Of a DNA stretch of 64,000 nt, positions 17,471 through 27,289 are shown piece after piece. The first letter of the stretch is position 1. Every line of letters begins with the position of its first letter. The notes beneath the pieces were generated by a model. It saw only the letters and a list, made by a program, of their open reading frames with translations. It made no database searches and was not told the DNA's origin. The stretch covers positions 428,132 through 492,131 of the forward strand of contig JBAZKF010000001.1 in the NCBI GenBank assembly GCA_041650895.1, in the 5' to 3' direction. The translations under genes and the position numbers were made by a program. The DNA comes from Patescibacteria group bacterium. Its GTDB lineage: Bacteria; Patescibacteriota; Patescibacteriia; 2-01-FULL-39-33.

Positions 17471-18166
17471 TTACTTTTCCCATTTTTTGATAACCAAGGC
17501 CGCTTTGGCCGCGGCAATCTGCGCTTCCTGTTTACTGGATCCCTCGCCGGAAGCGACCAAATCTTTCTCCAAGTAAACGCCGACCCTAAAAATCTTGGCG
17601 TGATCAGGACCGAAGGAAGAAATAACCTTATAAGACGGGGTAACGCCCAGCTTTTCTTGTGCTTTCTCCTGAAAGTGGCTTTTAGGATCAATATAAAGTT
17701 TCTTCTCCAAAATATCTTTCAATTTGGAAACAATATTCTTAACGACAAATTTGCTAGCCACCTTAAAGCCATGTTCTAAATAAATTGCGCCGATGACCGC
17801 CTCCATAGCATTGGCCAAAATATACTGGCGCGCCTTGGAATTCTTATCCCTGCTCTCGCCCTTTGACATCAGTAAATATTCCTCCAAACCCAACTCCGCC
17901 GCCACTTCGGCCAATGAATCGCCATTGACCAGTGAGGCGCGCCAATTAGTCAGCTCGCCCTCGGGATTAGAAAAATTTTCATACAGATACTCGGTCACCG
18001 CCAACTCTAAAACCGCATCGCCTAAAAACTCCAAACGCTCATTATGATCAAGCTTGAAGTCGGGATGCTCATTAATATAAGAGCGGTGAACCAAGGCGGA
18101 AATCAACAAATCATGGTCTTTGAATTTCACACCCAGAATTTTTTCCAGTTTAGTTATTTCGGACAT
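17471..18166 (-). CDS. rnc: Ribonuclease III
   Basis: RNase III signature ERLEFLGDAVLEL and a C-terminal dsRBD. Confidence 0.9.
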   Translation of the reverse strand: MSEITKLEKILGVKFKDHDLLISALVHRSYINEHPDFKLDHNERLEFLGDAVLELAVTEYLYENFSNPEGELTNWRASLVNGDSLAEVAAELGLEEYLLMSKGESRDKNSKARQYILANAMEAVIGAIYLEHGFKVASKFVVKNIVSKLKDILEKKLYIDPKSHFQEKAQEKLGVTPSYKVISSFGPDHAKIFRVGVYLEKDLVASGEGSSKQEAQIAAAKAALVIKKWEK

Positions 18167-18269
18167 GTCACCTTCTAAAGACAGATACCAAATATTGAAT
18201 AGTGAATATTACTGCGATTATTGAAACAAGAATATTCAATATCTAATAGCCGATATTTGCTATTAATAA

Positions 18270-18758
18270 TTATTGTTGCGGCGCAATGCTGGCAGCCTGT
18301 TCCTTTTCTTTAGCTCTCTTTTCTGCCGAGCGCTTATCAATTTCTTTTTCGCCCATATCTTTGTAAACAGCGCCCAGGACGCCATTAACAAACTTTCCGG
18401 AGGACTCGCCACCGAACGCTTTAGCCAATTCTATAGACTCATTAATCGCCACTTTGGCCGGAACATTTTCATCATAACGCAATTCATAAGTGCCTAAACG
18501 CAAAACATTACGATCCACGATAGTAATCTGATCTAATGGCCACTCCGGAGCGAACTTAGTGATTAAAACATCAATCTCTCCAACATGATCCATTACGCCC
18601 TGTACTAATTGTTTCATAAATCCCCCATCAGAAAAATCCGGGGCAAAAGCCTCTTTGTTTTGTTCTAAAATTTCTAGCGGATTATCCTGGCGATCGTTGA
18701 AATCCCACTGATAAAGAGTTTGGACCGCGATGGTGCGCGATAAATGGCGATTAGACAT
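18270..18758 (-). CDS. nusB: Transcription antitermination factor NusB
   Basis: RTIAVQTLYQWDF... NusB fold signature. About 160 aa. Confidence 0.75.
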   Translation of the reverse strand: MSNRHLSRTIAVQTLYQWDFNDRQDNPLEILEQNKEAFAPDFSDGGFMKQLVQGVMDHVGEIDVLITKFAPEWPLDQITIVDRNVLRLGTYELRYDENVPAKVAINESIELAKAFGGESSGKFVNGVLGAVYKDMGEKEIDKRSAEKRAKEKEQAASIAPQQ

Positions 18759-18793
18759 ACGATTAAAGTGCTTAAAAGTGCTTTAAAATAAAA

Positions 18794-19006
18794 TTACTTT
18801 TTCTTTTTGGCTTTGGTGGCGGATGATTTGACCTTAATCTTAATTGCTGTCCGTCCCTTATAATTACCGCAAGAGCCACAGGCATGATGAGGCATCACCG
18901 GTTTGCCACACTGGCTGCATTTGGTTAAGGCTTTGGGCTTGAGCGCAAAATGCGATGCCCGCTCCTTCTTGGATGTTTTTGTCCTTCGTTTGCTAGGTAA
19001 ACCCAT
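18794..19006 (-). CDS. rpmF: 50S ribosomal protein L32
   Basis: Small basic protein with a CxxC...CxxC zinc ribbon (CSQCGKPVMPHHACGSCGNYKGR). Confidence 0.75.
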   Translation of the reverse strand: MGLPSKRRTKTSKKERASHFALKPKALTKCSQCGKPVMPHHACGSCGNYKGRTAIKIKVKSSATKAKKKK

Positions 19007-19166
19007 AAATTTGATTTAGGTGTTATTCCAAACCCACTTATCATCATAGACAGACTGGGTCGGGAATCCAAAAGTTATTTGTTAGTTTTCTTACTTTTAC
19101 AATAACATTGTAACAGAAAAAAAGCAAATATAAAAACCACCTACGCCAATAGGTGGTTAAAAGTGC

Positions 19167-19997
19167 TTAAGAAAAAACACCATGTTCCAGCCGCAACTCT
19201 TCCAGATTCTTGACTTTAAACGGCTCCTGGTCGAAATTGAATTCCAACTGATTAAAAACAAAGCGGGTACCGAAATTGCCGGTAAGCCGGGATAATTCAT
19301 TTACGCCTTCAATAATAAAAGCATTGGCCAATCCTGAGACAATCAAAGTTTTAATATCGCTGGCCGCTATTACCCGGGCTATTTGCATCTTAGTCAGCAT
19401 ACCGTTGGAGCCGTGGCCGGTAAAACTGCCTCCTTGGGCCGTCTCAGCCAGTTGCAAAAAATTGCCTTCGTTTATAACTGGCATGCGACATGATTCATCG
19501 TCCAGAACGCCATCCTGATCAAAACCGATAATTGCCATTTGCGGTTTAAGCGCCAGGCACAAATTCATAAATAAAATATCATTATCGGCGCAAATCTCCA
19601 GCTGTTTCAATTCTGTCCAGTCCACCGTATCATTGGCATTGATTATCGGCACAACCATATTTTCCATGGCTTTCTCCAATAAGCCGATCAAACTGCCGCG
19701 ACAACGCTGATGCAAGTCGTTGTCGGTAAAAAGCATTTGCGCGGCCTCAATGCCAAAGACATCAAAATACTCAATATAGCGACCAATCAGCCGACCCATA
19801 CCGATTGCCGCCCGCAAATTTTTGGGGCGACTTTTTTGGGGGTCACTGATAACTGCACCGGAAGTCACCAGAAACACCTGATGTCTATTTCTAATTAATG
19901 CCGCTATCTGCTGACAAATATTCAAAATTCTTTCCGAACTCAAGCCGTCATTATAATCCGCCAAAAGCGACGAACCAATCTTGATGCCAATACGCAT
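19167..19997 (-). CDS. proB: Glutamate 5-kinase-like amino-acid kinase (no PUA domain)
   Basis: MRIGIKIGSSLL...VFLVTSGAV...VVPIINANDTV parallels the glutamate 5-kinase motifs. The ORF opens at 20027 and the preferred start is MRIGIK. Confidence 0.6.
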   Translation of the reverse strand: MRIGIKIGSSLLADYNDGLSSERILNICQQIAALIRNRHQVFLVTSGAVISDPQKSRPKNLRAAIGMGRLIGRYIEYFDVFGIEAAQMLFTDNDLHQRCRGSLIGLLEKAMENMVVPIINANDTVDWTELKQLEICADNDILFMNLCLALKPQMAIIGFDQDGVLDDESCRMPVINEGNFLQLAETAQGGSFTGHGSNGMLTKMQIARVIAASDIKTLIVSGLANAFIIEGVNELSRLTGNFGTRFVFNQLEFNFDQEPFKVKNLEELRLEHGVFS

Positions 19998-20267
19998 AGC
20001 AAACCCTCCACATTGTTTTTGTTTCAATTTAAAAGTTCAATATGATTCATACCATTATAGTAAAATGAATCCTGTTTGTCAATAACCGAAATCTTGCGCC
20101 TCAAGCGGTGTAAAATTTAACTTCTTTGAGTGGTATAAAATCTAATAACCCCATTATAAATATTTAGGCTATTAAAGCCGACCACACGGCTACGATAAAA
20201 GTATAGCCAAAAAACTTCGATTTGTGTTAAAATTCCTTTAGTTGCTAACATTTAACCAAGACCGGAC

Positions 20268-21317
20268 ATGCTGGGCCATAAACCAATCAAATTACCCCAA
20301 GACGAACTGCCTCACGATAATATTATTGAGTGGTGGTATTTCAACGGTCAATTGCAAGACAAGGCCGGCCGACGCTATCCCTTCATGGATTGCCTGTTTA
20401 AGGCTAATCCTCGCCGAGTTAAAATTCCTTTTCTGCCACGCCTGCCTTTCGACGATCTGTACTTTTCCCATCACCTGTTGACCGACTTGGCGAAAAAAAA
20501 ATTTTATAGTGCCATTGAACCGTTGGTCTTCTTGGCCCCTGACAGCTTCAAGAAAAAAAACTTCTACGCTCGTTACAGCCCGCCCAATATTACCAAGCAA
20601 AGACAAAACTTAATGGAAAAAACCTCGGCTAACAGTTGGCATTTAAAAACCGACTTGTTTGACCTGACTTTAACCAGTCGTAAACCGCCGCTGTTGGTCG
20701 GTGGCAAAGGTTATCTCACCTTAGCCAATACTGCCACTTATTATTATTCTTTGACTGATTTAGAAACTCGAGGTAAGATTTTCCTTGACGGTAAAAGCAT
20801 TGAAGTCAGAGGACGATCCTGGATGGACCACCAATGGGCTGACGCCACTTACACTAAACCCCGCTGGGATTGGTTTTCCTTGCAATTGGACAATCGCCAC
20901 GAACTGCTATGCTTTAATTTCAACTATCGTCGACAAACCATTGGTCTGGCTTCGATTATCCTACCCGATGGCAGCCAAAAGCACTGCCGAGGCGTAGAAA
21001 TTACATCGCTCTCCGGCGACTGGCGCAGTCCGGACACGGGAGCGGCCTATCCTCTGGCTTGGCAGATAAAAATCCCGTCAGAAAAAATCAATCTGCGGAC
21101 AGCGCCATTAATGGAACAATCAGAGATGATTTTCGGTTCCATTAACTATTGGGAAGGCGGGCTTTCGGTTAAAGGCGATTGGCAAGGCAAAAAAGTCTCG
21201 GGTCAGGGTTTTATGGAGTTAGTCGGCTATCCCGGACGACTTAGCCGCATTAATTATTATCAAAATAAAATTAAACGGCAACTACAGGGAGAAATAAAGA
21301 AAATTTTCAAACACTAA
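20268..21317 (+). CDS. CrtC/AttH-like lipocalin-fold protein (hydroxyneurosporene synthase family)
   Basis: N-terminal H-x5-EWWYFNG and a later SWMDHQW, reminiscent of the CrtC/AttH family (EWWY...G, WxDHEW). Confidence 0.45.
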   Translation: MLGHKPIKLPQDELPHDNIIEWWYFNGQLQDKAGRRYPFMDCLFKANPRRVKIPFLPRLPFDDLYFSHHLLTDLAKKKFYSAIEPLVFLAPDSFKKKNFYARYSPPNITKQRQNLMEKTSANSWHLKTDLFDLTLTSRKPPLLVGGKGYLTLANTATYYYSLTDLETRGKIFLDGKSIEVRGRSWMDHQWADATYTKPRWDWFSLQLDNRHELLCFNFNYRRQTIGLASIILPDGSQKHCRGVEITSLSGDWRSPDTGAAYPLAWQIKIPSEKINLRTAPLMEQSEMIFGSINYWEGGLSVKGDWQGKKVSGQGFMELVGYPGRLSRINYYQNKIKRQLQGEIKKIFKH

Positions 21318-21327
21318 CTATAAATCT

Positions 21328-22446
21328 ATGTCTGAAAACACCAAAACCTGGGCCAATCGCTTGCTTGAGCCCACCGGTATTGTTTTAGACGGTCCCAACC
21401 CCTGGGATCCACAAATTAAAAACCCCAAACTCTATGATCGCGTTAAAGCGCAAGGATCGCTGGGCTTGGGAGAATCCTACATGGATGGCTGGTGGGAATG
21501 CGATAAGTTAGACGAGTTTTTTTATCGCCTGCTCTCCAGTGACATTTACAGCCGCCTCAATTTGTCTTTGCCTGTCATTTTGAGCTTCCTTAAGGCCAAG
21601 TTAATTAACCTTCAAGCAGTCAGTCGCGCTTTCCAAATCGGCGAAAAACATTACGACACAGGCAATGATCTGTTTGTGGCTATGCTTGGGACAAGCATGA
21701 CTTACAGCTGCGGCTATTTCAAAGATACGGATAGCTTAGACCAGGCCGAGGAAGCCAAACTTGACCTAATCTGCCGGAAAATCAATCTCCAACCCGGGCA
21801 ACGCGTTTTAGACATTGGTTGCGGCTGGGGCAGTTTTGCCCGCCATGCCGCCAAAAACTACGGCGCTAAAGTCGTAGGCATTACCGTTTCCAAAGAACAA
21901 AAAAAATTAGCTGAGGAATTATGTGTCGGATTGGATGTGGAATTTCGATTGCAAGATTATCGGAAGGTGAACGAAAAGTTCGATCATTTGATTTCTATCG
22001 GCATGATTGAACATGTTGGAGCCAAAAACTACCGCACCTATATGGAGGTGGCCAAACGCTGTCTAAAAAATGACGGCTTATTCCTGTTGCACACCATCGG
22101 CAGCCTGAAATCCAGCAGCAATACCGACCCTTGGATTGAAAAATATATATTCCCCAACGGTTCCCTGCCATCACTTAAACAGTTGACCACCGCCGTTGAG
22201 GGGCTATTCGTAATAGAGGATGTCCATAACTTCGGCGCTTATTACGACAAAACCCTGATGGCCTGGCACGCCAACTTTGAAAACGCTTGGTCGGAATTAA
22301 AGAACAATTACGATGAAAGATTCTACCGTATGTGGCGCTATTACCTCTTATGTTGCGCCGGAGTCTTCCGCGCCCGAGCGATTCAATTATGGCAAATCGC
22401 CTTGTCCCCGAAAGGCGTCAAAAACGGTTACCAATCAATCAGATAA
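21328..22446 (+). CDS. cfa: Cyclopropane-fatty-acyl-phospholipid synthase family methyltransferase
   Basis: YMDGWWECDKLDEFFYRLL, SAM motif VLDIGCGWG and a CFA synthase C-terminus. Confidence 0.8.
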   Translation: MSENTKTWANRLLEPTGIVLDGPNPWDPQIKNPKLYDRVKAQGSLGLGESYMDGWWECDKLDEFFYRLLSSDIYSRLNLSLPVILSFLKAKLINLQAVSRAFQIGEKHYDTGNDLFVAMLGTSMTYSCGYFKDTDSLDQAEEAKLDLICRKINLQPGQRVLDIGCGWGSFARHAAKNYGAKVVGITVSKEQKKLAEELCVGLDVEFRLQDYRKVNEKFDHLISIGMIEHVGAKNYRTYMEVAKRCLKNDGLFLLHTIGSLKSSSNTDPWIEKYIFPNGSLPSLKQLTTAVEGLFVIEDVHNFGAYYDKTLMAWHANFENAWSELKNNYDERFYRMWRYYLLCCAGVFRARAIQLWQIALSPKGVKNGYQSIR

Positions 22447-22493
22447 ATTATCATCAAAAAAACATCCCGATTAAAATCGGGATGTTTTTTATT

Positions 22494-23735
22494 TTAGCTA
22501 ATGAATGTCAAAGCCTTGCCCATTTGATCGGCACGTCCGGTACGGCCGATGCGATGGACATAATCCTCATAAGTCGCCGGAATATCATAATTAATGACGT
22601 GGCTGACATTGGGGATATCCAGGCCTCGAGCCGCCACATCAGTGGCCACCAGGATCTGAGTTCTATTCTCCTTGAATAATTTCAAAGCTAATTGGCGCTT
22701 GTTCTGATTCTTGTTACCGTGAATGGCATCGGCCTTAAAACCGCTGTGGGTCAAAGCAATGGATAATTTCTCGACGCCGAATTTGGTACGGCCGAAAATC
22801 AATACCTTGGAAAACTCCGGCTTGGCTAATATTTCTTGCAGCACCGACAGTTTTTCTCCATCATGCCTGACCCTGATAACATCTTGCTCAATATTTTTGG
22901 AAGTATTGCCGGTCTTGACTGAAATAGTCACGGGATTGGTCAAAAACTCGCCGATTAACTTATCAATCTCCCTATTAACCGTAGCGGAGAAAAACAAAGT
23001 CTGTCTTTCCTGAGGCATAAGGCCCATAATGAATCTCATGTCATTAACGAAGCCCATATCCAACATGCGATCCGCTTCATCCAAAACAATCGTAGCGAAT
23101 CTGGCCGGCTTGATCAAGCCGCGTTCAATCAAATCCTTTAACCTGCCTGGCGTACCGATAATAAAATTATGCTGGCGATGCAAATCGGAAATCTGGCGAC
23201 CGATAGAGGTTCCGCCGACACAGCAAACGGAAAAAATTCTTAGCCGGGCACGAAAATCAATCAACTCCTGGTTAATCTGGCCAGCCAATTCGCGAGTTGG
23301 CACGATAATCAAAATATTTTCTTTGGGATTTACAATAACTTTGTGAAGCAAGGGCAAAAGAAAAGCAGCGGTTTTTCCGGTACCGGTATTAGCAACGCCA
23401 ACCACGTCTAAACCTTCCAAAACAGCAGGAATCGCTTCATCCTGAATAGGTGTCGGTGTAATATACCCCTTCGCCTTAATATTATTTTTTAAATTTTCAT
23501 CAATAGCGAAATCGGCAAAAGCATTTTTTGATTGATACGGCTTAGCCTTAACGATCGGTTCAGCCCTTGAGACGAACAGAGCGGGATTGATATTCTGGTC
23601 ACGGAAACGACTGTTACTGCGACCGGAAACGGATCTGCCACCGGCAGATCGGGAACTTGAGCCACTAGGCGCTCGGCGCTTGTGACTTGAGGGTTTGCCA
23701 AAGCGGGAGCTTCGGCCGAAACTTCTTGTAGACAT
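22494..23735 (-). CDS. DEAD-box ATP-dependent RNA helicase with an Arg/Ser/Gly-rich C-terminal tail
   Basis: Q-motif, AxTGTGKT, DEAD, SAT and HRIGRTGR motifs. Confidence 0.9.
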   Translation of the reverse strand: MSTRSFGRSSRFGKPSSHKRRAPSGSSSRSAGGRSVSGRSNSRFRDQNINPALFVSRAEPIVKAKPYQSKNAFADFAIDENLKNNIKAKGYITPTPIQDEAIPAVLEGLDVVGVANTGTGKTAAFLLPLLHKVIVNPKENILIIVPTRELAGQINQELIDFRARLRIFSVCCVGGTSIGRQISDLHRQHNFIIGTPGRLKDLIERGLIKPARFATIVLDEADRMLDMGFVNDMRFIMGLMPQERQTLFFSATVNREIDKLIGEFLTNPVTISVKTGNTSKNIEQDVIRVRHDGEKLSVLQEILAKPEFSKVLIFGRTKFGVEKLSIALTHSGFKADAIHGNKNQNKRQLALKLFKENRTQILVATDVAARGLDIPNVSHVINYDIPATYEDYVHRIGRTGRADQMGKALTFIS

Positions 23736-24471
23736 AACTTAGGTTTAATTTTTAGCTTTAAAGCAGATAAACTCGCCCCTAGGCAAGCCCTCCCGCCGAT
23801 AGGCAGGTATTCATAAATTTCCATCAAAGCTAATAATTAAGCCCTAGAGTTAGAAAATGCCAGATTGGCATCTTCTAAAATGGAATTAGATGAGGCAAGA
23901 CGTTAGCCGTCTCGATATACTTTAAGTCATAAGTATATCACAAAAAAAATATATTGTCAACTAAACAAACATAAAAGTAGTAAATTTGGACAAAATATCT
24001 CTAAATCTTGACTTTGCAACTACCTATAATAACGCTTATTTTTGTTTAAATTTAAACAATTTAGCGGTACAGTACTAAAATAATATTAAAAATGTTTGAC
24101 AAATTACTATTATTTTGATAATGTTTTCTATTCCCCAGTTCAACTGAAATTACGACAATTCACCTAATTACCGCTTGCTAAATTAGCAAGTATCCGACTT
24201 TTTTTCTCAGTAATAAAAAGTAATCAACCACTTTGGCTGACTATGGCAAGAGTTAATTTTTATTACCGAGGCAAAAAGTCTCAACTTTCCGAAAATATTG
24301 CAAATTCAGAGAGGAAAGTTCATGAACCTTACAATTTGGTTTTGGAAGTATATAAAATATATAACTGAGAAGCTGACAACTCAAAGGAAGAATAGTTTAC
24401 CGCTGACAACTCAAGGAACAATTATCTCAGAAACCGTAACTGCTACTAACAACATAAGGAGAAAAAATGAA

Positions 24472-25281
24472 ATGAGCGAGGCCAGAACCTTTAAAATATT
24501 CCAAGGCTCCGTTATTGGTCGGGAGCATACCCGTCTCTGGAGAAACAATCAAGACGGGTTGCGGACCGGATCAACGAAAATTGCCGGCAAGCTTTATCAT
24601 TTCGGTATCGTTTGCGATGGTTGCAGCGGAGGAGAAAACAACGAAGTCGGAGCAAAATTAGTTTCGGCCTATCTCTGCAGCGAGATTCCAATGATGCTAA
24701 TGGCAGGTTCGTCCATCGGCGATATCCCTGATGCATTATTCAATCGTTGCGTCGGCTATCTGCGTTCCATCGCTTCATTGACAATTATTGGTGATCCTCG
24801 ACAATCAATCCAGTTTATTAAGGACCATCTGCTTTGTACGATTCTGGGATTCATTATGGATGATGAAATAGTGGTCATTTTCTCAGCCGGTGACGGCACC
24901 ATCATTGTTGATGATGCAATCACCCGCATCGATCAAGACAATCGTCCCTCCTATCCAGCCTACTCTTTGATTGATCGCCAATTCATAAACCTGCAAGGCG
25001 GCGAATTGCCGACATCATTTGAAACTACGTTTATTTATTTGGACGACATAAAAAAATTCGCTATTTGTTCGGATGGCGTCACCGATGCCGCCGTTCCGTA
25101 TCTGTGGGGGCACAACAACCCCTTGGGTTTGCAACGTAAATTGAAGAACATAGCACGCGGCAGTGAATCCTTTGGCGATGACTGTACGGTTATCGCCGTC
25201 GAACTTATCCCGAATGAACCGGTAACCGGCGTCATCGCCGAAACAATAGAGGCTGCTGAAGGAGTAGGAGAAATATCATGA
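24472..25281 (+). CDS. PP2C-family Ser/Thr protein phosphatase
   Basis: GIVCDGCSGGENNEVGAKLVS (motif 1/2 metal-binding Asp-Gly) and CSDGVTDA (PP2C SDG motif). RBS aagga 11 nt upstream of ATG 24472. The ORF opens at 24298. Confidence 0.7.
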   Translation: MSEARTFKIFQGSVIGREHTRLWRNNQDGLRTGSTKIAGKLYHFGIVCDGCSGGENNEVGAKLVSAYLCSEIPMMLMAGSSIGDIPDALFNRCVGYLRSIASLTIIGDPRQSIQFIKDHLLCTILGFIMDDEIVVIFSAGDGTIIVDDAITRIDQDNRPSYPAYSLIDRQFINLQGGELPTSFETTFIYLDDIKKFAICSDGVTDAAVPYLWGHNNPLGLQRKLKNIARGSESFGDDCTVIAVELIPNEPVTGVIAETIEAAEGVGEIS

Positions 25282-27218
25282 GATATTTATTAGGAAAAAA
25301 TAAAACACCAATTGATTTAGAGCAGGATGATGTCATAGGTTCCGGCGGAGAAGCGATTGTTTTCGCTCATCCGACGCAACCGGACAAGGCCTTCAAAGTC
25401 TATCATGATCCGACGCTTAGCCGTTCACATAAACTGGAATCTTTTTTTCAGCAAAATTTGCAACTTCCCGCTAATATAATCGTTCCGGAAGAACCGCTTT
25501 TTGCCGCTAACGGCCGAACAGTTGTCGGTTTCATGATGCGACGATTGCCGGGAAATTTCATTCCTTTGGCTCTACTGATGCGCGCCGATTTTTGCAATCA
25601 GAATGCTATCAGCACGAAAATCAAAATAAATATCTGCATCAGCCTGCTTAAGGGCTTGCTGGCCATACATCGGTATCCCGGAATCTGCGTCGGCGACCTT
25701 AACGACCAGAATGAAATCATTATTGATCCGAGAACCGGCGAGGTCTATTGGATTGATGTCGACTCCTGGCATTTGAGCGACAAGTTCCCTTGCGTTGTCG
25801 GAACGGAAGATTATCTTAGTCCCGACCTTTACGGAAAAGACTTATCACGCCAAGCTTATTTTAAACCGAAGCATGACTATTATTCTTTCTCGACCTTGCT
25901 ATTCAGAATCCTAATGATGACTCACCCCTTCGGTGGCGGTGTCCATAAACAATTCCTTTCCTTGTTTGATCGAGCTACGCACGGCCTGACCGTTTTGGAC
26001 CCGGCCGTTCGTTACCCCAAAAAAGCCAAACCCCGGGAAGTCCTGACTGACGAATTGTCCGAGATTATCCAAAGATATTTAAAACGGCAATGCGACGATC
26101 CCTTTCCACTGGCGGAATTGGAAAAATACGCCGGCCTATTGATTGAATGCTCTCATTGCCACCTTGACTACCCGGCTACCCGAGACAATTGTCCCGGTTG
26201 CGCGGCTAAGACGGTGGCTAAGGCAAAACTGACAGCCAAAATCTCCGGCTGTATCTGCGATATCATCCTGGAAACTCCGGGGCGGATTATCTGGCATCAG
26301 CTGTCGGGAAAAGACTTATGTGTTTTAACCGATGAAGACGACTTGACGGTTTTTTATCGCAAGTCGCCTAACGGTCAATTGGAACGCAAAGAGCTATTCA
26401 AAACTCTGACCGGCGCCCGTTACGCATTTTTTGATAATGTACTAACGGTCTGTGTTGATCCGTCTGCCGAAAATCCGGAACTGCTGCTGATTGACATCAG
26501 CGGCAATCGACCGCAAGGCATCAGCAAGTCATCCACTAATTGTTATAGCGGCGGTACGGCCGTTTTTGCCAGTTCCGGACGGCGCTTATACCGCTTGTCC
26601 GGCAACAGCTTAATGTCCGGAGAACTCTTCGGGAAAAGTCTATCCGACCGTCAAGTAATGGAAACCATTGGCAGACAAACAAAAATCTTTGTGGCTGATA
26701 ACCACGAACTGACTGACAATCATGAGGTTGTTCTGGTTGTCCAACGAATCTTGGGCGACTTGCATTGGTTTATGGCTGTTGGCGACACTGAAGGTAAAAA
26801 CTTTAAACGTTTACAGCTTTCTATCGCCGAGCTTGATGATCAAGAATCAATTATTGACGCTTCAGTCCGCTTTGGCGGCAAGACAATACTAATTCTACGC
26901 CATACCCGCGAACACGGCGTCAATTTCGTTAGACTTGACCAAATAAATATTTTTGACGGCAAGGTTTCGCAATCCAAAAAGATCAAAGTTTCGGAAGCAA
27001 AACAATTTGAGGAGATCCATGGCAAAGGGTTCACTGATGAAGCTATACTGCATGCGACTGATGACGGCGTTAAACTGCAAAATTTAGCCGATAACAATTT
27101 GCTCACCCTACCGGGAACTGATAATTACATCTCCGGCGGAGAACGGTTGTTACGTTACGGCAACGGCATTATCGCCATTTCTGGCGACAAAATAATTTCC
27201 TTGAGACCGGAAAAGTGA
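25278..27218 (+). CDS. Hanks-type Ser/Thr protein kinase with a central Cys4 zinc ribbon and a roughly 300-aa C-terminal domain of unknown function
   Basis: Gly-rich loop IGSGGEAIVF, the Lys in AFKVY, a catalytic-loop-like GDLNDQN, WIDVDSW (DFG equivalent), GTEDYLSPD (APE-like) and CSHCH...CPGC. The start overlaps the PP2C stop (ATGA). Confidence 0.7.
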   Translation: MRYLLGKNKTPIDLEQDDVIGSGGEAIVFAHPTQPDKAFKVYHDPTLSRSHKLESFFQQNLQLPANIIVPEEPLFAANGRTVVGFMMRRLPGNFIPLALLMRADFCNQNAISTKIKINICISLLKGLLAIHRYPGICVGDLNDQNEIIIDPRTGEVYWIDVDSWHLSDKFPCVVGTEDYLSPDLYGKDLSRQAYFKPKHDYYSFSTLLFRILMMTHPFGGGVHKQFLSLFDRATHGLTVLDPAVRYPKKAKPREVLTDELSEIIQRYLKRQCDDPFPLAELEKYAGLLIECSHCHLDYPATRDNCPGCAAKTVAKAKLTAKISGCICDIILETPGRIIWHQLSGKDLCVLTDEDDLTVFYRKSPNGQLERKELFKTLTGARYAFFDNVLTVCVDPSAENPELLLIDISGNRPQGISKSSTNCYSGGTAVFASSGRRLYRLSGNSLMSGELFGKSLSDRQVMETIGRQTKIFVADNHELTDNHEVVLVVQRILGDLHWFMAVGDTEGKNFKRLQLSIAELDDQESIIDASVRFGGKTILILRHTREHGVNFVRLDQINIFDGKVSQSKKIKVSEAKQFEEIHGKGFTDEAILHATDDGVKLQNLADNNLLTLPGTDNYISGGERLLRYGNGIIAISGDKIISLRPEK

Positions 27219-27289
27219 TGGGATTTGGTAGTCCCAGCACCAGTAAAAAGTAAAACCGCAAACCGAACAGAACAAGGAGACAGAAAATC

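Noticed and set aside
19167-20027. Extended N-terminus (MKQKQCGGFA) of the proB-like kinase
   Set aside because: The family alignment begins at MRIGIKIGSS, so the upstream 10 codons are probably not translated. This is uncertain.
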